DNA of 32,000 bases from Acaryochloris marina S15 (GTDB lineage Bacteria > Cyanobacteriota > Cyanobacteriia > Thermosynechococcales > Thermosynechococcaceae), in NCBI RefSeq assembly GCF_018336915.1, contig NZ_CP064923.1:4170001-4202000 (forward strand). Direction: 5' to 3'. Both the position numbers and the translations under genes were made by a program. This document shows, piece after piece, positions 26,574 through 32,000 of the stretch. The notes under the pieces were generated by a model that saw only the letters and a list, made by a program, of their open reading frames with translations, had not been told where the DNA came from and searched no databases. Position 1 is the stretch's first letter. Each line of letters opens with the position of its first letter.

Positions 26574-26828
26574 ATGAACATCATTTCCTTCAGTGAAGCC
26601 CGCAGCAAACTGAAAGCTGTCTTCGATCGAGTCGTTGATGATGCCGACTACACGATCATCACTCGACGAGATGCTGATGATGCAGTGTTGATGTCTCTGG
26701 AGTCTTTTAATAGCTTGCTAGAAACCGTTCATTTGTTAAAGTCACCCGCCAATGCAGCTCACCTAGAACAATCCATTGCCCAATATCGACAGGGACAAGT
26801 GACTGAGCAAGACCTCTTGGATGAGTAG
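26574..26828 (+). CDS. yefM: Type II antitoxin, Phd/YefM family
   Basis: 84-aa ORF MNIISFSEARSKLKAVFDRVVDDADYTIITRRDADDAVLMSLESFNSLLETVHLLKSPANAAHL..., a close match to the YefM pattern. It overlaps the toxin gene by 8 nt (ATGAGTAG). Confidence 0.92.
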   Translation: MNIISFSEARSKLKAVFDRVVDDADYTIITRRDADDAVLMSLESFNSLLETVHLLKSPANAAHLEQSIAQYRQGQVTEQDLLDE

Positions 26829-27084
26829 TCGCAAATTGGCCTGGACAGATGCTGCCTGGAATGACTATCTCTACTGGCAAGGACAGGATAAAAAAACGCT
26901 GAAGCGGATCAATAAGCTCATTCAGGCTACGAACAATCAGCCATTTGAAGGCATTGGTAAACCTGAGGCTTTACGAGAAAATCTATCGGGATTTTGGTCT
27001 CGACGCATAGATGAGACCCATCGATTAGTCTATGCCATTGATGATCACTATCTGACAATTATTGCCTGTCGGTATCATTATTAG
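26821..27084 (+). CDS. yoeB: Type II toxin, YoeB/Txe family mRNA interferase
   Basis: 87-aa ORF ...KLAWTDAAWNDYLYWQGQDKKTLKRINKLI...PFEGIGKPEALRENLSGFWSRRIDETHRLVYAIDDHYLTIIACRYHY, which carries the canonical YoeB C-terminal RYHY. Confidence 0.92.
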   Translation: MSSRKLAWTDAAWNDYLYWQGQDKKTLKRINKLIQATNNQPFEGIGKPEALRENLSGFWSRRIDETHRLVYAIDDHYLTIIACRYHY

Positions 27085-27092
27085 TCCTTAAC

Positions 27093-27101
27093 TCTAGGTG
27101 C
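27093..27101. repeat. Left 9-bp target-site duplication of the ISKra4-like element
   Basis: tctaggtgc at 27093-27101 is repeated exactly at 28588-28596. A preceding c on both sides makes 9 versus 10 bp ambiguous. Confidence 0.8.
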
Positions 27102-28587
27102 GGGCGTATTTAGCGGATCGGGGATGCCTTAGTTTTCGGAATGGTCACCTCTGGGAATAAGGAGTCAAACCGTTCATTGACCCAGGCAATTCTCAAGATC
27201 AGTAAATGGTTGAAACCATCCTCACTCCAGCGCATGCCAACTCCCTTAAAGCGCTGCTGAATCAACCACTTGCATGCACTTTCAACCATTCCTGACCCGA
27301 GAGGAATCTGTTGCTGTTCAAAGTGCCGATAACGGATGTGGTTATGATGGCGTTGGAAATAAGCCTGCACCTGGAGCAACGTTGAAAAAGACTTTCCCGT
27401 TAACAGTTGTGAGTGAATCAATATCGTCAAGGACCGTAATACAAGTAGGTGTTGCCCGTGTCGCAATTGGTGTCGCCAGTGCCGGAACCAGGCTTGGGCT
27501 TGAGCAGAGCGGGCATCTCCAAACATCGCTTTAGTTGCTCGTGCCAGATGGCCTGCTGAATGAAAAAAGTCGAGGACTGCCACAGCACAATGAGAGAACA
27601 AGGTGCGATAGACTCGCCAGAAGCCTCGTCCCCCATCACTGAGCCAGATGACTTTTGGAGCAGATTCAAAGTCTTGTTTGTGAGCTTCGAGTTGAAGTAA
27701 AGGGATGAACTGGTCGATATCGCCCAATACTGCCACCAGTCTTCGACGCAGTAATTGGGGGACCTCCTTTTTAGCTCGGGTAACCCGTGTTCCCAGGCGA
27801 GCTAAGATGGCGACTTTGACTTCTCGCCACTGGATTTTTCCCTTGGGTGAGTTCGGGGTGGGGCGAAAGGGGACCATCACACCATCGGCGGCAATGGCCA
27901 AAGGTAGAGCAGATAACATCTCTGAAATCGCTTCACAAGGGGCCTGAGTCCCTGATGATTGAGCGTTGAGTTGAGCTTCTAATTCCTGCTGAGCTTTGTT
28001 ACCCACGGATTGCACCCAGTTCCACAAACTGGATGGACTCACGGATAGACCACTCCACTGACCCAGCATCCAACTGGCCAGTTCATAGGGCATGAACAGA
28101 CTCAACAAGCAGCCCAGACGCACCAGTTCTTCGCTGCTGTGCTGATAGGGGGCAATCCCAATGGCTTGATCCAGGGGAGTCAACAGACTGCCTGGACATC
28201 CTTTGGGACAACGGCCCACCCGTCGCTTTCAAGAGATAGTGCCTACCAGTGTCTGCATCTGACGAGATTCCCATCCCTTCGAATGTAAGCGGGTTCCGCA
28301 GGTAGTACATACAGGCCATACAAATACTGCTTTCGCGCGCCTTGAGAGTTCATCCTCCAGAAGACAGCGAGCTAGAAACAAGCCCATTTGCAGAACGATA
28401 TAAACCATCTGACTCAGGCTGGTTGATACTTTGAGTGCTTCAGTTTGTTCTAGAAATTCGTCATGGGCTAGCACGGTTAGCAATTGCGATGGTAGGGTCA
28501 TGATAGTTTTTTGGTTCGGGTACAGGATCTATTGTCCTTGACCCGTTTTTCTTTGAGCCATGCATCCCCGATCCTTTGCTTACGCCC
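27102..28587 (-). mobile_element. ISKra4-like insertion sequence (1486 bp)
   Basis: The terminal inverted repeats are gggcgtatttagcggatcggggatgc (27102-27127) and the reverse complement of 28562-28587 (gggcgtaagcaaaggatcggggatgc), matching at 21/26 positions. They are flanked by the tctaggtgc direct repeat. One long transposase frame fills the element. The family assignment is from memory of the N-terminal C..CG...TLVG...R...C..C...PLD..LG pattern. Confidence 0.75.
27110..28501 (-). pseudogene. ISKra4-like transposase interrupted by a single in-frame TGA
   Basis: The ORFs 28229-28501 (90 aa) and 27110-28219 (369 aa) are in the same frame. The junction reads ...TLVGTIS-TGA-KRRVGRCPKGC..., with the stop at 28229-28231. 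A single-base change from TGG (Trp) would explain it. The restored length would be ~463 aa. Confidence 0.75.
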
Positions 28588-28596
28588 TCTAGGTGC
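28588..28596. repeat. Right 9-bp target-site duplication of the ISKra4-like element
   Basis: tctaggtgc, identical to 27093-27101. Confidence 0.8.
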
Positions 28597-28613
28597 TTTT
28601 CATTTCAAGCACT

Positions 28614-30149
28614 TCAAGCCACCGTTTTTAGCAAATCCTGAATCTGCTGTGGAGAAACTAGAGTATTGGCACAGAGGATACCGGAGGCCGCCACTGCAGG
28701 AACACCAATCCCAGGCATGGTTGAATCCCCGACTCGATACAGCCCTGATATGGGGGTATGGCAGCTGGGGAAGGTTCCCTTGCCTGCGGCAATGGCAGGA
28801 CCATAGGTGCCCTGATGGCGACGGAGATAGTGGCGATGGGTAAGAGGGGTGCCAATGAGTTCTAGAGTGATGCGCGATCGCACATCTGGTATCACATTTT
28901 CTAAGGCTCGATAGAGGGACTGTGCCCGCTCCTGCTTGAGCCGATCATAATCCTCCACCCGTTCCCAAGGGGCAAAGGGTTCCAGAGTATAGGTATGAAT
29001 CACATGATGTCCTTGGGGCGCTAAGGATGCATCCCAAACTGAAGGAATAGACACCATACAGGTATTGCCAGGATGAGTGATGGGCTGTTGATTGCTATGA
29101 ATCACCACATGATGTCCAGGAAGGTCCGCTAGCCCCTCCGACTGAATCCCCACATGGAGATGCATAAAGCTATCAACGGCAGGAGTTGCCAAGGATTGTC
29201 GTCGATAGGCAGATGGTACATGCTCAGGTTTGAGAAGCTGATTGAAGGTGTCCCAAACCGTGGCATTAGAAATAACGATTGGGGCAGTTAGGCGTTCTCC
29301 ATTCTTCAGCTGAATCCCCTGAACGGTTCCACCTTGAACTAAAATTTGGTCCACATGGGTCTTCAGGCGAAGTTCTCCTCCCCACTTTTTGAGACCTCGA
29401 ATCAGGGCTTGGATAATCGCAGGACTGCCGCCCACGGGATAATCAATGGTGGAACCGGACCGTTCCCCAAACATAAATGCCATTTCTGGAGCAACGGTGT
29501 CTTGGGCTGTAAGCCCTGAAAGTAGAAAGCATTCCACATCGAACAAGCGACGCACCCAAGGATCGCTCACGGTTCGATTAAGCATTGCCCCAGCAGAACT
29601 CTGGATATTGCGGAGCTGAGGCAATAACTGGGCTAAGGCCATCGGCTGATGCCGAATCAGCCAGGGAATCAAGGTCCAGTTACTGCGTAGGGTAAGGAGG
29701 GGAATTTGCTTGAGAGGCGCAAATAGGGCCAGAAATTTTTGTTCCAGTTTCTGGAGTTGACGGGCGCCATCAGGGGTAATTTGAGCGACGGCTTCTCGGT
29801 ATTTTTGAGCGTCGCCATAGATGGGGAAGCCATCTGCTAAATGCCCTGCCGGATCGTCTTCGGGGAAGTGATAGTAGCCGAGAGGATCATATGCGATCGC
29901 ATCTACCGTTTCGCCTAAAACCTGCAACACTTGGCGCACCGGATTCAAGCTCTGAGGGTCACTCAGGCCACAATAAAAGGAAGGACCAGTATCAAAATGA
30001 AAGCCTTGGCGTTGAAATCCATGGGCAGCCCCACCCGGAATCGCATGGCTCTCACAAATCAATACCCGTTTACCGTATCGGGCCAACAAACTGCCAGCAA
30101 TCAGCCCCCCAATACCGCTACCAATCACGAGGACGTCATAATCTGCCAT
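28614..30149 (-). CDS. FAD-dependent oxidoreductase of the phytoene desaturase / carotenoid isomerase (CrtI/CrtISO-like) family
   Basis: 511-aa ORF. The N-terminal dinucleotide-binding motif is DYDVLVIGSGIGGLIAGSLLARYGKRVLICESHAIPGG. The C-terminal block GLYRVGDSTMPGIGVPAVAASG is typical of CrtI-family enzymes. The specific substrate is not assignable. Confidence 0.8.
   Translation of the reverse strand: MADYDVLVIGSGIGGLIAGSLLARYGKRVLICESHAIPGGAAHGFQRQGFHFDTGPSFYCGLSDPQSLNPVRQVLQVLGETVDAIAYDPLGYYHFPEDDPAGHLADGFPIYGDAQKYREAVAQITPDGARQLQKLEQKFLALFAPLKQIPLLTLRSNWTLIPWLIRHQPMALAQLLPQLRNIQSSAGAMLNRTVSDPWVRRLFDVECFLLSGLTAQDTVAPEMAFMFGERSGSTIDYPVGGSPAIIQALIRGLKKWGGELRLKTHVDQILVQGGTVQGIQLKNGERLTAPIVISNATVWDTFNQLLKPEHVPSAYRRQSLATPAVDSFMHLHVGIQSEGLADLPGHHVVIHSNQQPITHPGNTCMVSIPSVWDASLAPQGHHVIHTYTLEPFAPWERVEDYDRLKQERAQSLYRALENVIPDVRSRITLELIGTPLTHRHYLRRHQGTYGPAIAAGKGTFPSCHTPISGLYRVGDSTMPGIGVPAVAASGILCANTLVSPQQIQDLLKTVA
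28874..28881. repeat. HIP1 palindrome GCGATCGC
   Basis: Exact 8-mer read in the sequence. Confidence 0.95.
29893..29900. repeat. HIP1 palindrome GCGATCGC
   Basis: Exact 8-mer read in the sequence. Confidence 0.95.
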
Positions 30150-30203
30150 TGTTGCTAGTAAGGCCTTAGGGTTGTCTCATTCAAATGCTAACGCCAGAAC
30201 GGG

Positions 30204-31883
30204 TTAAGGGGTTAATCCTTTGCCAATCGAGACCCTAACATTTGGGCTTTCAGTCCCACCAGAATTCAAAGTCGTCTGAATACTCGCCGTAGGCAGTCTA
30301 TCCGCAACATATTGTTCCACCGCAGTTGCCCGACTTTTCAACAAAGCCAAAGCTCTAGCACTACTGGCATCCACAAAGGTGGCATTAATTCGCACCGTGT
30401 CGTTGGGATTGGCTGTATCCAAAACCTGATCCAATGCCTTTTTGGCTGGATCATTCAGTTGAGCTGCCCCCACTTCAAACTGAATAGCAATGGTTGTTTG
30501 CGTTGTGGCCGTTGCCTTTGCCTGGGTCTTTTCAGCCGGAGCAGAGGGTGCAGAGTTAGGCTTAGGTGCAATCGGTGGAGCAGTTGCTTGGGATGCGGGA
30601 CAGCTAGCAGCCGCATCTGACGTTGCGAGTTCAGCCACAAAGCGGCCATCATAAAGCTGATCCACGCTATTTGGCGTTGCAGTCAGACGACCACTGCCGT
30701 ATAGCACCTGTTTCGTGTAATTGAGACGCTGACGAAGCAACTTCGTCGGGCCATTCATCCAATGATTGGCACAGTTGATCTCAAAAAAGTACACGCCTTG
30801 CAAAAAGTTCAAGGATTCTGATGAAGTCAATCCCCCTAAATTCTCAAACTGCTGTCGCCAAGCCGTTTTATCAATGGAACGTCGCGAAATATGCTCGTAG
30901 TAGGCATTTACAAACTGTTGAACTTTACCAGGGTGATCCGCTAGGACTTGGGGAGACGCCACCACCACATCAACAATCGATCGTTGAACATGGGCAGAAG
31001 ATAGAGAAGGAATATATCCAGCTCGACTCGCCTGAGTCACATAAGGCTCCCAAAAAATTCCAGCGACGATATTTTCTCCAGGTTGAGGATTCTGAAACCG
31101 CTGCCATGCCGTCGATGAATCATCCACACGAATGATGTTGAATTTTTCCAACGCAAACTCTGGAGACTTATCCGCCAACAGAATACTGAGATATTCGCTA
31201 GGCGTATTGCCCGCAAAAATAATGGATAGGAGTTCTCCCTGCTGTGCAGCTTGGGTGGCCGCACGATTCAACCCTTGAATCGTAGTGACTTGGGGAAATT
31301 GCTTGTTATTGAGGACAAGACGATCGGCTCCACGGGTCCAATCCCACATGGCAATGATTTTGCCCGTACTGGGGGTCTCAAACAGTTGATTAATGGTCGT
31401 CACCATAAAATCAACTTCGCCGCTGGAGAGCTTTTGGGCTCGCGTTTTCTGATCTAGCTCATCCGAATATCCGATGGTAATTTCAGCATCTTTGAGCTTT
31501 TTCTGGAAGTCCTGATCCCAAAGGGTACTGTAGCCTAAGAACGTATCGCCTAAGACCTCGATATTCGCAGGGCCAGGACTGACAACTGGCTCAGTTGCTC
31601 GCTTCCAAGGACTGATCAATGCAATCGCAGCACTTACCGCCCCGGCAAAGAGTAAAAAACTCAGGAGAACCGTTGTTTTCTTGTTCGGTCGCTTAGTTTT
31701 GTCGTCAGATGGCAAAGTATTTTGAGGTTGAGTAATACGTTTATGTTTAGGCTTGTCGTACAGTGGCGCTCCACAAACAATGCACTTTGTCATGTGCATT
31801 CGTGTCACAAAGTCGCATTGCCAGCAGTACTTGCGCTCACCTTCGTCGCCAGCTTTTCTTTCAACGTCTAGTTCAGTCGCCAA
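30204..31883 (-). CDS. Multi-domain membrane protein: zinc ribbon, TM helix, periplasmic substrate-binding-like domain, Ala/Pro linker, OmpA-like C-terminus
   Basis: 559-aa ORF. It has CWQC-x10-CIVC (CX2CX10CX2C), then the TM helix VLLSFLLFAGAVSAAIALI. A ~300-aa region follows that resembles NMT1/SsuA-type binding proteins (weak, by eye). Next comes the low-complexity stretch APPIAPKPNSAPSAPAEKTQAKATATTQTT. The final ~100 aa show an OmpA/MotB-like pattern (IQFEVGAAQL...AKKALDQV...ALLKSRATAVEQYV). Confidence 0.6.
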   Translation of the reverse strand: MATELDVERKAGDEGERKYCWQCDFVTRMHMTKCIVCGAPLYDKPKHKRITQPQNTLPSDDKTKRPNKKTTVLLSFLLFAGAVSAAIALISPWKRATEPVVSPGPANIEVLGDTFLGYSTLWDQDFQKKLKDAEITIGYSDELDQKTRAQKLSSGEVDFMVTTINQLFETPSTGKIIAMWDWTRGADRLVLNNKQFPQVTTIQGLNRAATQAAQQGELLSIIFAGNTPSEYLSILLADKSPEFALEKFNIIRVDDSSTAWQRFQNPQPGENIVAGIFWEPYVTQASRAGYIPSLSSAHVQRSIVDVVVASPQVLADHPGKVQQFVNAYYEHISRRSIDKTAWRQQFENLGGLTSSESLNFLQGVYFFEINCANHWMNGPTKLLRQRLNYTKQVLYGSGRLTATPNSVDQLYDGRFVAELATSDAAASCPASQATAPPIAPKPNSAPSAPAEKTQAKATATTQTTIAIQFEVGAAQLNDPAKKALDQVLDTANPNDTVRINATFVDASSARALALLKSRATAVEQYVADRLPTASIQTTLNSGGTESPNVRVSIGKGLTP

Positions 31884-32000
31884 TCGAATGTCCCCTCACC
31901 ATTCATCGTTTCCATTATATAGACATAATAAGCTGTAAGTCCCCATTCAAGGACTCTAGGGTGCGAACCACCCAATAAATGAGGCGAGAGCTGGCTATTT

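Noticed and set aside
28229-28231. The in-frame TGA in the ISKra4-like transposase could be a selenocysteine or programmed read-through codon.
   Set aside because: I saw no SECIS-like hairpin immediately downstream. The position fits a simple TGG-to-TGA transition in a mobile-element gene, so a nonsense mutation is the parsimonious reading.
19349-28587. The IS1-family and ISKra4-like elements might bracket the intervening ~7 kb (MTase-like, SNase-like, hsp20, TPR, GNAT, membrane protein, yefM-yoeB) as a composite transposon or genomic island.
   Set aside because: The two elements belong to different families. Each has its own matching target-site duplication, which indicates independent simple insertions. 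The interval also contains core-type genes (hsp20) and HIP1 sites. This is an IS-rich neighbourhood, not a demonstrable composite transposon.
28511-28855. ORFs 28511-28843(+) and 28658-28855(-) span the IS end and the 3' end of the oxidoreductase gene.
   Set aside because: They cross the IS inverted repeat and TSD boundary and overlap the conserved C-terminal FAD-binding block of the 511-aa gene in other frames. They are spurious.
30312-30652. ORFs 30312-30620(+) and 30455-30652(-) lie inside the multi-domain membrane protein gene.
   Set aside because: They coincide with the Ala/Pro/Thr low-complexity linker region, where all frames stay open by composition. They are spurious.
31914-31919. 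A TATAAT hexamer (minus strand) ~30 nt upstream of the 30204-31883 gene could be its -10 element.
   Set aside because: No acceptable -35 lies at 16-18 bp spacing. The only TTACAG-like hexamer is 13 bp away. This is too weak to annotate as a promoter.

Overview
This window looks like cyanobacterial chromosome. The evidence is at least 9 exact HIP1 palindromes (GCGATCGC), the light-independent protochlorophyllide reductase genes chlL-chlN, ndhS and an Rps1B-type S1 protein. I support about 30 protein-coding genes or pseudogenes. Housekeeping genes are chlL, chlN, an Mrp/ApbC Fe-S carrier, a RodA/FtsW-family protein, ndhS, an S1 protein, argD, an Hsp20 and a CrtISO-like FAD oxidoreductase. The second half (about 19.3-28.6 kb) is more accessory in character. 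It holds an IS1-family element (19349-20250) with 8-bp target duplications, an A7 slippery site and an extra frameshift in a G7 run. It also holds an ISKra4-like element (27102-28587) with 26-bp inverted repeats, 9-bp target duplications and one in-frame TGA in the transposase. A yefM-yoeB toxin-antitoxin pair there carries a TGTACA-type operator palindrome. An uncharacterised two-gene cassette (20345-22198) encodes a signal-less SNase-fold nuclease with an OB-like tail plus a Rossmann/SAM-methyltransferase-like protein. That cassette is my best candidate for an undescribed system, but the call rests on inference only. Other oddities are listed below:
- an MBL-fold hydrolase gene that has lost its N-terminal region and frame (pseudogene)
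- a zinc-ribbon/TM/substrate-binding/OmpA-like fusion protein
- an alpha/beta-hydrolase fused to a polytopic membrane domain
- a 1.1-kb ORF-free region upstream of chlL
- a CspA-family gene, which is unusual for cyanobacteria
I recognised no rRNA, tRNA or CRISPR array. All homology calls come from reading the translated ORFs by eye, and no database search was run.
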